Shown here: in pieces, positions 44,997-56,300 of the stretch
Position numbering within the stretch: the stretch's first letter is position 1
Layout: each line of letters starts with the position of its first letter
NCBI GenBank assembly: GCA_000146045.2
Contig: BK006940.2
Location: forward strand, 160,001 to 224,000
Origin: TPA_inf: Saccharomyces
Lineage: Eukaryota
Direction: 5' to 3'
DNA length: 64,000 nt
Notes under the pieces: generated by a model
The model's input: the letters and a program-made list of their open reading frames with translations, nothing else
The model's database searches: none
What the model was told of the DNA's origin: nothing
Made by a program: the position numbers and the translations under genes

Positions 44997-45284
44997 GAAC
45001 GTTTGTTGAAATCTTCCAAACAGAAATGATACAGGTTTACTTTACAGCAAGACATTAGTAGTTTCATTAGCTTATCAACATGTATGAAACCGGCAAGATT
45101 GAAAGCTTGATTGCCCTTGACGAGCTACTCAAATGTGTAAATATCTGCACAATCAGTTTACACTCATGTTTCCGCGCTTTTACCCTCCATCTAGATTAAA
45201 ATCTTATATGGATTATTTGGGATAAATAGCATTTAGTAAATCAAATTGATAAAAAAAAGAATAGCATTTAGGTATGCAGAATAT

Positions 45285-45530
45285 ACTAGAAGCTGTCCTC
45301 ACTGATCCTGAATCCAAAAAAGAGAATTCTACGTAATAATATTATCACCTCTTCCTCCATTTTATATGCTGTCATTCATTATCCTATTCCATTACCAATC
45401 CTTGCATTTCAGCCTCCATTAAATCCGATGGTTGTTTCTCAACTTTTATGCCATCTTCTTATACCCATATAATGATATATTAGTAGGAAGAAACACTAAT
45501 CGATAGATGATAATTATCATTTACCTACGC
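45285..45530 (-). mobile_element. Old, diverged solo delta-like LTR remnant about 290 bp upstream of tA(AGC)F
   Basis: atatactagaagctgtcctcactgatcctgaatcc…cattttatatgctgtcattcattatcctattccattaccaatccttgcatttcagcctcc… parallels the intact delta in this window (…atactagaagttctcctcgatgatataggaatcc…cgttttatatgtttcattatcctattgcattatcaatccttgcacttcagcttcc…). The ends are degenerate. Confidence 0.45.
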
Positions 45531-45747
45531 ATTCGTATTATCGTATTCGCAGCTAGAGGCCAGTGCAACCATATAGATATTGCTATTAACTTCATTGTAG
45601 CTAAAGCACCCTGGGTGTTAAGGAGAAACATCAATAAGAGAATAGTTTGTAGTATTCTGTGAAATTTTCGGTGACCATGGTCTTCAAGGAGAATTCTTTA
45701 GTATATTCTATGTATCTATAACTAATTTCCAAAAAATGACATGTCAA

Positions 45748-46257
45748 TCACTTTCCAGAGCTATAAGATATATTCAGGTTTATCCCAAAAATATTTACAG
45801 AGAAATAACCCTTGCAAAACCTTTTGGTACACGAACAGGCCCCTTTAAAAGTTTCTTGGCAGTTTTTTTCGTCTTCCTTCTTTTCCGGCCATAGCATCGT
45901 TTGCGGATCGTTCAAACTCCTATTATCCGATGAGCTACCCAACTGCCCTCCCATTAGGTAGTGGTTATTAGGGCACTTATTGTCTCTTGTGGTGTTGTAG
46001 TAATGGTTAATATAATTTTCGAGCAAATAGAGTGCAACTTGCGGTTCGAGTTCAATAAGATTAATATCCCTCAATGACTCAGGAGGTCCATTCCAGGGAA
46101 TAGAAAGTAGTGCAGTTGCATACTGTTCATTAGTACCGTCTCCATTTTTGCCTCTGAGATTTGATGGCGGAAAAGCGACACATGAATTGTTGACCTGGAG
46201 TGCGCTCACTGTTACAATTAGTAAGGCCACGGTAATTGCTACTGCATAGGGCGTCAT
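45748..46257 (-). CDS. ULI1: Uli1, unfolded-protein-response-induced protein of unknown function, 169 aa
   Basis: True ATG at 46257 (MTPYAVAITVALLIVTVSALQ...); the track ORF starts at an upstream GTG. Recognised as YFR026C. The N-terminus is hydrophobic. Confidence 0.7.
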   Translation of the reverse strand: MTPYAVAITVALLIVTVSALQVNNSCVAFPPSNLRGKNGDGTNEQYATALLSIPWNGPPESLRDINLIELEPQVALYLLENYINHYYNTTRDNKCPNNHYLMGGQLGSSSDNRSLNDPQTMLWPEKKEDEKNCQETFKGACSCTKRFCKGYFSVNIFGINLNISYSSGK

Positions 46258-47451
46258 CACCTTTTCGAAATTTGACACTGCTAATTTGGCGCCAGTATAG
46301 AGTTTCTTTCTCTTGAATCCAATGAGATCATTATCCTAGTATAGAGCTTGTAAGTCCAAGCTGCACTTAAATATACAACGATCAGAAAAAACTCGTATAG
46401 TCTGTTGAAAATGCAACACGTATACCTCCGGAGAAGTATCTTTGGTTTTGATTTGCCGCGCAGCCTGTGTAAAATGGCGCACACAATCACGTTACTTGAA
46501 TCTCAGTTCAGAAGTTTCTTTCAACACAGCCAATTGCATTTAGTCTGCTATGCTTAATATTGTAGCTACTACGTGGCAAACATAGCTGCCCGAACTACTT
46601 TATGCGTACGTGTCCACAGCAATTTGTATAACGACTCAATCAAAATTCTCTCAAACACCTTCATGGGAATCTGTCGACAATGTAATCAGATCTCAGCCCA
46701 ATTGCCAGTATGTGTTCATATCTTATTCCGTGGCCGCCCCTCCAAAAAGCTTCAAAATACACTCACCAGGCTTACTTCTTGTTGGGAGAAGAACCGTTAT
46801 CGTTCACTTGATAATATTCCTACCAGTATGTTGTCCTATATGGAGTCATGAGCATACATGGTGCAAAATTATGGAATTAGCGCAATGAGTTTCAAACAGC
46901 AATTTGATCTTTTTATAAACACTGAAATGCCAGAATTGATAATGTAATAGGAAAAAAAAATGAAAAGATTCAAAACCGAAGATAAAATGAGATTATTTTT
47001 TTCTTTTATGTAGAAACATCGATTCGCTTCTGTGGGTTCCCATATCCTCGAGGAGAACTTCTAATATATTCTGTATAATTAATATTATAGCATTAACAAC
47101 GGTATAATCTCAGTCATTATCCCAAAATTCACCTATTTTCCCATCATACCGATCTTTGCGAATACTTGAGCATGTAAATCAGAGATTCTATGTAACAGCT
47201 GCCCAGAAACCAGAAAACGTCTCTTAACCACTTCCATTGTTGGCATGTTGAAACCTCCTGCCGCCTTGATCATCCTTCGACTTAGGGAAGAATCTTAACA
47301 AATGAAATTTAACGTCAACGCGTAATAGAAAAAAAGCCTTTCGCGTACTGTAATCAGTAATAATACATAAGGAGATGCCAGCTACAACGGACATCAACAT
47401 ATATCTATGTTTACATATTAGGGTTCAACAGAATATAAATCGTTGCACAAA

Positions 47452-48297
47452 ATGAAAGCTAGGAAATCGCAGAGAAAAGCGGGCAGTAAACCAAATCTTA
47501 TCCAGTCTAAATTGCAAGTTAATAATGGTTCGAAATCGAATAAAATAGTCAAGTGTGATAAATGTGAGATGTCATATTCCTCGACATCAATAGAAGATCG
47601 CGCCATCCACGAGAAATACCACACTTTACAGCTGCATGGACGTAAATGGTCGCCGAATTGGGGTTCTATAGTATACACAGAGCGAAACCATTCAAGGACG
47701 GTGCATCTATCAAGATCGACAGGGACAATAACGCCATTGAACTCCTCACCTTTGAAAAAAAGTAGTCCGTCTATTACCCATCAGGAGGAGAAGATTGTAT
47801 ATGTGAGACCAGATAAGTCGAATGGTGAAGTCCGAGCCATGACGGAGATAATGACACTAGTGAATAACGAGCTGAATGCGCCACACGATGAGAATGTCAT
47901 TTGGAACAGTACCACAGAAGAAAAAGGCAAAGCGTTTGTATACATAAGAAATGACAGGGCGGTCGGAATAATAATTATAGAGAACCTTTATGGGGGCAAT
48001 GGTAAAACATCTAGTCGTGGACGTTGGATGGTTTATGATTCTAGAAGATTGGTACAGAATGTGTACCCCGATTTTAAGATTGGCATATCGAGAATTTGGG
48101 TGTGCAGGACAGCAAGGAAGTTGGGTATCGCAACCAAATTGATTGACGTTGCAAGAGAAAATATTGTTTACGGTGAAGTTATTCCTAGGTACCAGGTAGC
48201 ATGGTCGCAACCCACAGACAGCGGTGGAAAACTGGCTAGCAAATACAACGGCATTATGCATAAATCAGGCAAGTTACTATTGCCGGTATACATATGA
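47452..48297 (+). CDS. ECO1: Eco1 (Ctf7), cohesin acetyltransferase with N-terminal C2H2 zinc finger, 281 aa
   Basis: True ATG at 47452 (MKARKSQRKAGSKPNLIQSK...). The zinc finger CDKCEMSYSSTSIEDRAIHEKYH is visible and the acetyltransferase core is C-terminal. Recognised as YFR027W. Confidence 0.9.
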   Translation: MKARKSQRKAGSKPNLIQSKLQVNNGSKSNKIVKCDKCEMSYSSTSIEDRAIHEKYHTLQLHGRKWSPNWGSIVYTERNHSRTVHLSRSTGTITPLNSSPLKKSSPSITHQEEKIVYVRPDKSNGEVRAMTEIMTLVNNELNAPHDENVIWNSTTEEKGKAFVYIRNDRAVGIIIIENLYGGNGKTSSRGRWMVYDSRRLVQNVYPDFKIGISRIWVCRTARKLGIATKLIDVARENIVYGEVIPRYQVAWSQPTDSGGKLASKYNGIMHKSGKLLLPVYI

Positions 48298-48412
48298 CTC
48301 TTTCGAAAAGACAGCGAGAAGGGACACTGGAAAAATGGCATAAAACTTTTCAAGGTTATTATTAGTAAGTTTTTTTATTATATGATATATATATATATAA
48401 AAATGAAATAAA

Positions 48413-50068
48413 TTATTTCTTGATGGAGCCACTTATTTTTCTTATACCACCGGCGGCGCTTGTAGTCCTTCTCCCTGACGTTACTCTCCTATTCTTGGGC
48501 AATAGTTGTCTTAGTATGGTATCATCTGCGGCATTATTGATGTTCGTTGCGCTGGGTTCGTTATCTTCCATTCGGGACGATGAAGCAGAGGAGATATCAT
48601 TTTTCTTGCGCGAAACTTTGGGATAATGATTACTTGTGCCGTTGGTATCCTGCATGGATTCGTCATCTGAGTTGTTGCTTTCTATTACTACCTTCCTATT
48701 CGCATGGGAAGTTGGATTACGATTATTGTTGATATCTTCTATAGTATTAGAACCGTTTTGGCCCTTTCTCGGCTGACCAGGCGAAGTCTGTGGGACGGCT
48801 GAGCTCTTGAATGAATTACTTCCATTATTCGCCGTAGAAGGTTGGCTCGAATTTCTGGCACTAAGCGCCCCATGACCGTTGGATGGCGGCGTCATGGTTA
48901 AATCTCTTAATTCACCTTCAATGTTATTTTGCGCAACCCTCTTGTCGTCTTTAAGTTTCTTTTTTTGTAAGCGGTATTCTTCTAAACTTATTAAGGGATA
49001 TAAGCCGCCAATGGCCTCACTAGGCTTCAAAGAAATTCTGGTTGTGTACTTCCATTCTCTAAAATCATTCTGGTGTAAATATAACCAATGCTGTTGAGGG
49101 CCAACGACCATTCCCGGCCTTATAAACCTTAAGAAGCCAATACACTCGTTAGCGGTAAATCCATACGTGTATATTAAGTGAGCACCAATTAAACAACCAG
49201 TTCTACCTAGCCCAGCCTTACAGTGCACAGCAATTTTACCTCCCCTTTTAATTATCGTTTCAGCAGCACCAACAAAGTTTTTTACAATGGAAAGATCAGG
49301 ACATGTACCATCTTCGAAAATTAGATCCAAATGTTGAATGCCAATGTCTTCAAAATGCTTTTTATTATATAAATGAGAATTCAACCTTACCACTAATTGG
49401 ACGTTATTGTTGGCGAAAAAATTCAGAACTGACTTAAACGGCTGGTTCAAATGTGAAGATTTGGTAGCGAGATAGCCCTTTGGATGGTCCTCTTGTGGTG
49501 ACGCAAATGCAATAAAATCTGGGGTGAGTACATTGAAGTCTCCAAACTCCACGTGTTCGTATTTCTCGTAACTCTCCAAATTGAAGGAATGCAAATCAAT
49601 AAGGCCTTTTTCCTTAGCCCTCCAAACGCCATAAACCACATCTTGAATTGTGATTTCGAAATCCGCATTAGAATAACCGGCATCTCTAAATGGCATGAAG
49701 GGAGGGTCTACTTGCGCCAACGGCTGAAGCACTTGATGCGGAGTCCATGCCTGAACGAGGATCATATAACAGCAAAGCATACATGCGGCGTTAGCACGTT
49801 GTCTGGTCGATGCAGATGAATAGAAAACAACGGCTTTATTGGCATTTTCTGGGTCATTCAAGATTTCATGGAAAATAACGGCAAAACGATATAGATGTCC
49901 AATGTTCATGGGACCGAAATCCAAATGGAAACTGTTGTAAAAGATTGCGTCCTCCACGGTAAAAAACACCAGCTCATCAGTATCTTCCGGCGTGTAATCA
50001 TATGCACCGAGATATACTCTGCCTCGCAGGAACTCGATCGTGTTGTCGAGGTATACACTCCTACGCAT
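48413..50068 (-). CDS. CDC14: Cdc14, dual-specificity protein phosphatase (mitotic exit), 551 aa
   Basis: ORF MRRSVYLDNTIEFLRGRVYLGAYDYTPEDTDELVFF... The catalytic CX5R motif HCKAGLGRTG is visible. Recognised as YFR028C. Confidence 0.95.
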   Translation of the reverse strand: MRRSVYLDNTIEFLRGRVYLGAYDYTPEDTDELVFFTVEDAIFYNSFHLDFGPMNIGHLYRFAVIFHEILNDPENANKAVVFYSSASTRQRANAACMLCCYMILVQAWTPHQVLQPLAQVDPPFMPFRDAGYSNADFEITIQDVVYGVWRAKEKGLIDLHSFNLESYEKYEHVEFGDFNVLTPDFIAFASPQEDHPKGYLATKSSHLNQPFKSVLNFFANNNVQLVVRLNSHLYNKKHFEDIGIQHLDLIFEDGTCPDLSIVKNFVGAAETIIKRGGKIAVHCKAGLGRTGCLIGAHLIYTYGFTANECIGFLRFIRPGMVVGPQQHWLYLHQNDFREWKYTTRISLKPSEAIGGLYPLISLEEYRLQKKKLKDDKRVAQNNIEGELRDLTMTPPSNGHGALSARNSSQPSTANNGSNSFKSSAVPQTSPGQPRKGQNGSNTIEDINNNRNPTSHANRKVVIESNNSDDESMQDTNGTSNHYPKVSRKKNDISSASSSRMEDNEPSATNINNAADDTILRQLLPKNRRVTSGRRTTSAAGGIRKISGSIKK

Positions 50069-50343
50069 TTTTTTTTTTTTTTTATAAGCGTACTTTGTAG
50101 TCCCAGCCTCTGTGCAATTGTTTCGTATTATACCTCGAACGAATCGGAAATATTTGGTACATTATTGTTTCAATTTCAATTTGTTTACCTTTGAACCAAG
50201 TGAAGAAAAACTTATGGTGCTAAAAGTACATTCCCCGTTGAAAGTGATACAGCTTTCTTGATTGACACAATAGCAATGGCCTTCAAATGCATATCTCTAC
50301 TATCGGCTAAAAAACGAATGACTCACGTTATCAGGCTCATAGC

Positions 50344-50344
<1 letters not shown>

Positions 50345-50406
<62 letters not shown>
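50345..50406. repeat. (TG)31 / (CA)31 dinucleotide microsatellite in the CDC14 upstream region
   Basis: Direct read: uninterrupted tgtgtg… from about 50345 to 50406. Confidence 0.95.
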
Positions 50407-50407
<1 letters not shown>

Positions 50408-50618
50408 TTGTTGTTCTAGTCGCTTGCTTTATAAAGTAACGACACTTTCTGGTGCCAATATGTGAAAACGCATTACAGAAAAAAACAGTTGTATTCTACT
50501 AAAAACACATCAGTAGTCACAGAAGTCACAGAAGTCACGTATATAAGCTAGTGGCAATCATAACTAACACAGGTGTATTAATGAAAAAATAAAGCCAAAA
50601 AAATTTCAGAAAAAAATA

Positions 50619-50707
50619 TCTCCCGGGGGCGAGTCGAACGCCCGATCTCAAGATTTCGTAGTGGTAAATTACAGTCTTGCGCCTTAAACCAACTTGGCTA
50701 CCGAGAG
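50619..50707 (-). tRNA. tY(GUA)F2: tRNA-Tyr (GUA) with 14-nt intron; identical to the copy at 7437-7525 but inverted
   Basis: Reverse complement equals CTCTCGGTAGCCAAGTTGGTTTAAGGCGCAAGACTGTAATTTACCACTACGAAATCTTGAGATCGGGCGTTCGACTCGCCCCCGGGAGA. A T7 terminator lies on the minus strand. Confidence 0.95.
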
Positions 50708-50936
50708 TCGTTTTTGTTGATTACTTTGCTATATAAAGATTCCTTTATCATTATTTCATGAGGCGCACTTTTGATTTTCACACCTTTTTCAAGCGGAGGA
50801 GTTATTCGTCTTATTAACATTACCATTACAGTAGTCATCAATGATTACCTTATCAGCACTGAAAAGATACCCGTAAAATTTAGCACACGCACACTCACAC
50901 ATACATAGGTACGAAATACACAACTGATAGGCGTTC

Positions 50937-52973
50937 ATGCACTCTCATAGACAAAAGTGGGGCCGCCAGACGGATATAGCGAGGGTGCTCGACGATATAG
51001 AACACGACCTCTATCTACCGCAACGGCTATCACTCGATGGTGCAACTGGTACTGACGAATCACATGTGCAATACGGTATAGTCAAAGACTGCTCTGTGCT
51101 TACGTGTGGCTGCTGTATATCTGAATCGCTATTCAATGATTTATGCAGGGAAACTTCGAACAAGCAAACTGCGTGTCCCATCTGTCAGCGAGAAAATGTT
51201 CGACTACTTTCAGCCATCAAGCCGCTGCGAGATTTGGCTCGTCAGATTGACTTCTTCAGAAGTACTACCGGACAGGGCGAAAGCGAAAGCGATGAGCTCC
51301 CCGCTATAGTAAAGACTTCACCATCATCATCATCACTATCGCTAACGCCATCGCGCTCTTCCTCCACTGCTGGGCTAGAAGCTGATAACAAGACACTATC
51401 AGACCCTACAGTTAAGGAGAAATCATCACTGCTCGAACTCTTCCATATTGTGGCTTCGAAGATGCATAATGCGAATACAGAGGTAGGGTCGGACCACCCA
51501 CTCACGACTGGCACCACCCGTGATCAAGAAGAACACACCACTAAGGAGAATTACTCAAGCAGCTTACTCGAGCCCAACTATGACGACCACGCGAACTGGA
51601 AAATCCTGGATAATGCCTCGAACACAAGAACTGTGCCGATAGATAACAACTTCTCTTTGATGTCTACGGACGTTACAATACCTTCCACAGCAAACTACCA
51701 AACAAATAGTGCACATGATCTGGACGAAGAAAAGGAGTACTTTTTTGCCAACTGTTTCCCCATGTACAGAAAAAAATTTCAGTTCAACACACACCCCAAA
51801 TTCCTAGGGACGAAATCCAAATTATTCATCAACCAAAGCATTTCTCCCGATTGCACCAAATTTGCTCTAATTACTGAACACAAGTGGGAAATTTATTCGA
51901 TTAATCCGAAGGACAACTCTCCTCAACTAGTATCATGTGGCAAGTCTAGTGGAGAATATGGTCCCAACTTCAACCAACTAACAGAGCAATCGTCATCTTC
52001 ACTCTCCACTACTTCTCAAGCGTCAAAAAAGAAAAAGAAAAACTGGAGCCAACGTTTTTGCAAACTTTCCAATGATTTCTTGATAATATCGGGTTCGCAA
52101 AACATTCTTAATGTACACGACATACACCAAAACGGCAAACTCATCTATACCTACGTGTCGAGATTCCCCATCCGATGCATAGACATAGATCCAAGGTCGC
52201 AGATAATAGCCTACGGAATCACCGGAAAGGATAGACATACAGGCGCGGAACAAGCATTAGTCGTGATCCAACAAATTACCAGAAATAAAGTGACTTTGGA
52301 GCCCGAGTTCCCCCCACCAATCACCATAACACTTCCATACAGAGATCCCATCAATACCATACAACTTTCGCACGACGCCAAGTATCTGACATGTTCGACC
52401 GCGCTAGAGTCGCGGTTCTTGATCATATCTTTGCAGAAAATAAACGAACCAAGACTGATAATGAAAAGTGTTCGGTCCATAGACACTTCCTTAGAATCTG
52501 AAGGTATCACTGACACAAAACTTTTCCCAGGAAATCCAAATCTGATGTGTATCACATCAACAGCATTCAATTCATCTCCACTGGTCATAAACACCAAAAT
52601 CACCCAAATTAACGGTGTACGGACCGTGGCACAACCATCCATGCTTATAAGGGTAGATGAGATTGGATGCAAGATTCACAAGTGCGAAATATCACCAAGA
52701 AACGACGCAATTGCCTTCCTCGACCGCAACGGATCAGTTTACATCATGTGTGCCCCCACCATGATGGACAACAACGAAAAAAGAAGGACAATCCTCGTTG
52801 AAACCGTGGCAAATGCCTACAGGGCTTATGAATCAGCTACTTTGCGGTTTAACCCAGAGGGCAACAAGCTTTATATTCTCGACAGAAAGGGGACTTTCTT
52901 TGTGGAAGACTTTGCATATGGCTTGCCCCAATCTCGCGAAATCACCAAATGTAAGCAAATATTCCACAAATAA
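50937..52973 (+). CDS. PTR3: Ptr3, component of the SPS (Ssy1-Ptr3-Ssy5) amino-acid sensor, 678 aa
   Basis: ORF MHSHRQKWGRQTDIARVLDDIEHDLYLPQRLSLDGATG... recognised as YFR029W. Confidence 0.92.
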   Translation: MHSHRQKWGRQTDIARVLDDIEHDLYLPQRLSLDGATGTDESHVQYGIVKDCSVLTCGCCISESLFNDLCRETSNKQTACPICQRENVRLLSAIKPLRDLARQIDFFRSTTGQGESESDELPAIVKTSPSSSSLSLTPSRSSSTAGLEADNKTLSDPTVKEKSSLLELFHIVASKMHNANTEVGSDHPLTTGTTRDQEEHTTKENYSSSLLEPNYDDHANWKILDNASNTRTVPIDNNFSLMSTDVTIPSTANYQTNSAHDLDEEKEYFFANCFPMYRKKFQFNTHPKFLGTKSKLFINQSISPDCTKFALITEHKWEIYSINPKDNSPQLVSCGKSSGEYGPNFNQLTEQSSSSLSTTSQASKKKKKNWSQRFCKLSNDFLIISGSQNILNVHDIHQNGKLIYTYVSRFPIRCIDIDPRSQIIAYGITGKDRHTGAEQALVVIQQITRNKVTLEPEFPPPITITLPYRDPINTIQLSHDAKYLTCSTALESRFLIISLQKINEPRLIMKSVRSIDTSLESEGITDTKLFPGNPNLMCITSTAFNSSPLVINTKITQINGVRTVAQPSMLIRVDEIGCKIHKCEISPRNDAIAFLDRNGSVYIMCAPTMMDNNEKRRTILVETVANAYRAYESATLRFNPEGNKLYILDRKGTFFVEDFAYGLPQSREITKCKQIFHK

Positions 52974-53062
52974 TGCATCTAAATATATACGTATGTTTAA
53001 GGTTCTGGTATACAGGTATTAAAAGAAAACACTATCAACATTCCCAATAAGATATACCACAC

Positions 53063-53086
53063 CACGTGAGCTTATAGAAGCACGTG
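53063..53086 (+). promoter_or_regulatory. Two CACGTG E-boxes (Cbf1/Met4-Met28 sites; the second is CACGTGA) about 230-250 bp upstream of MET10, followed by a CTGTGG Met31/32-like core on the minus strand at about 53105-53115
   Basis: Direct read ccaCACGTGagcttatagaagCACGTGAccacaattcaccccacaggtgtggc. The CACGTGA plus AAACTGTGG architecture of sulfur-assimilation promoters is established knowledge. The Met31/32-like site is only a partial match. Confidence 0.55.
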
Positions 53087-53311
53087 ACCACAATTCACCC
53101 CACAGGTGTGGCTTTTTTGGTGCCGTAGAAAAGACTCATTCATGAATCGTCGGAAACCCATAGTCATCTTCGAGCAAAAGGTATATATAAGCAACAGAGG
53201 GCAGTAGTTCTCGAGACCACCATCTTTTGATTGGAAATAGTTTCGTTTAGATGGGGTGCACATAGTTTTTTTCAACTGCTTTTCCTCGAGGTCACCCAAA
53301 TATACAACGAG

Positions 53312-56300
53312 ATGCCAGTTGAGTTTGCTACCAATCCTTTTGGCGAGGCCAAAAATGCAACTTCACTGCCAAAATATGGTACACCCGTAACTGCCATTTC
53401 ATCTGTGCTGTTCAATAACGTGGACTCCATTTTTGCTTACAAGTCCTTTTCTCAACCCGATTTGCTACACCAAGATCTAAAAAAATGGTCTGAAAAGCGT
53501 GGTAACGAATCACGTGGGAAGCCATTTTTCCAAGAGCTGGATATCAGATCTGGCGCTGGTTTGGCTCCTTTAGGGTTTTCTCATGGATTGAAGAACACTA
53601 CAGCAATTGTTGCTCCAGGGTTTTCGCTGCCATACTTCATTAACTCTTTGAAAACCGTCTCTCATGATGGTAAGTTTCTTTTGAATGTTGGTGCTTTAAA
53701 CTACGACAATGCTACCGGCTCTGTCACCAACGATTATGTAACCGCATTGGATGCTGCTTCCAAGCTGAAGTATGGTGTCGTGACTCCGATTTCCGCTAAC
53801 GAGGTACAAAGTGTCGCCTTACTGGCATTGGCGATTGCCACTTTCAGTAATAACTCCGGAGCTATCAATTTATTTGACGGATTAAACTACTCGAAAACCG
53901 TCTTGCCGTTGGTCGAATCTGTTCCTGAGGCATCTATTTTGGCAAAACTATCCAAAGTTATTGCACCAGATGCTGCCTTTGATGATGTCTTGGATAAGTT
54001 TAATGAATTGACTGGATTGAGACTACATAATTTCCAATACTTTGGTGCTCAGGATGCTGAAACTGTGTTTATCACTTATGGGTCTTTAGAATCCGAATTG
54101 TTCAACTCTGCGATTAGTGGTAATAATTCCAAAATCGGGTTAATCAACGTCAGAGTGCCATTACCTTTTAACGTTGCTAAGTTTGTCACTCACGTTCCAT
54201 CCACTACCAAACAAATTGTTGTTATAGGCCAAACTTTGGATGGTTCTTCGCCTTCTTTCTTGAGATCTCAAGTTTCAGCCGCCTTATTTTACCACGGCCG
54301 CACCTCAATTAGCGTTTCTGAGTACATCTATCAACCAGATTTCATTTGGTCCCCAAAAGCTGTCAAATCAATTGTATCGTCATTCATCCCTGAATTCACT
54401 TACAATGCCGATTCATCTTTCGGCGAAGGATTCATTTATTGGGCCTCTGATAAGAGTATCAATATTGATGTTGCCTCCAAACTTGTGAAAGCTCTGTCTT
54501 TGGAAGATGGGAAATTTGTGTCTTTGAGAACGAAATTTGATAACTTGGCTAATGCTGGTACCTTCCAAGCTCAATTTGTGACCTCGAAAGAACAGATACC
54601 TGTTTCAAACATCGATTCTACGAAATTATCAGTCGTTGAAGATGTCAGTTTATTGAAGCATTTAGACGTAGCTGCTACCGTCGCAGAACAAGGTTCAATT
54701 GCGTTGGTTTCCCAAAAGGCAGTTAAAGATTTGGATTTAAATTCTGTAGAAAGTTACGTCAAGAATTTGGGAATTCCTGAATCATTCCTAATATCTATTG
54801 CGAAGAAAAACATCAAATTGTTTATCATCGATGGTGAGACCACTAACGACGAGTCCAAATTGTCCTTGTTTATCCAAGCCGTTTTCTGGAAATTGGCCTT
54901 CGGTCTAGATGTCGCAGAATGTACCAACCGTATCTGGAAAAGCATTGATTCAGGTGCAGACATTTCAGCAGCCTCGATTTCTGAATTTCTCACTGGTGCA
55001 TTCAAAAACTTCCTCAGTGAGGTTCCGCTAGCGCTGTACACTAAATTTTCTGAAATAAACATTGAAAAGAAAGAGGATGAGGAAGAGCCTGCAGCTTTAC
55101 CAATTTTCGTTAATGAAACATCTTTCCTCCCAAATAACAGTACCATTGAAGAAATACCATTACCTGAGACCTCTGAGATCTCTGATATTGCCAAGAAGTT
55201 GTCCTTCAAAGAGGCATATGAAGTTGAGAATAAACTAAGACCCGATTTACCCGTCAAGAACTTCGTCGTGAAAGTTAAAGAAAATAGACGTGTTACGCCT
55301 GCTGATTATGATAGATATATTTTCCATATTGAATTCGATATTTCTGGTACTGGAATGACTTATGACATCGGTGAAGCCCTCGGTATTCATGCCAGAAACA
55401 ATGAATCTTTGGTCAAAGAATTCTTAACCTTCTATGGTCTAAATGAATCCGATGTTGTCTTAGTCCCCAACAAGGACAACCACCATTTGTTAGAAACAAG
55501 AACCGTCTTACAAGCATTTGTGGAAAATTTGGATATTTTCGGTAAACCACCAAAAAGATTTTACGAATCATTGATTCCATATGCCTCTAACGAAGAGGAG
55601 AAGAAAAAATTAGAGGATTTGGTTACTCCTGCCGGTGCAGTAGATTTGAAGAGATTTCAAGATGTGGAGTATTATACATATGCTGACATTTTTGAATTGT
55701 TCCCATCTGTTCGCCCATCTCTTGAGGAACTTGTTACTATCATTGAACCATTGAAGAGAAGAGAATACTCAATTGCCTCCTCTCAGAAAGTTCATCCAAA
55801 TGAAGTTCATTTATTGATCGTTGTTGTTGATTGGGTGGATAATAAAGGAAGAAAAAGGTACGGTCAAGCTTCTAAGTATATCTCAGACCTTGCTGTCGGT
55901 TCAGAATTGGTCGTTAGCGTTAAACCATCTGTTATGAAATTACCACCATCTCCAAAGCAACCAGTTATTATGAGTGGTTTAGGTACTGGTTTGGCACCAT
56001 TCAAGGCCATTGTTGAAGAGAAATTATGGCAAAAGCAGCAAGGTTATGAGATTGGTGAAGTCTTCCTATATCTAGGTTCAAGACACAAAAGAGAAGAATA
56101 TTTATATGGTGAGTTATGGGAGGCTTACAAAGATGCAGGTATTATCACACACATCGGCGCTGCTTTCTCAAGAGACCAACCTCAAAAAATTTACATTCAA
56201 GATCGTATCAAAGAGAATTTGGATGAATTAAAAACTGCAATGATTGATAATAAAGGTTCATTTTACTTGTGTGGCCCTACTTGGCCAGTTCCAGATATTA

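Noticed and set aside
45540-45740. Possible sigma (Ty3) or tau (Ty4) LTR next to the delta remnant near tA(AGC)F
   Set aside because: The sequence does not match the sigma terminus I remember (TGTTGTATCTCAAAATGAGATATGTCAG…). I cannot recall tau well enough to align it, so I left it unclassified.
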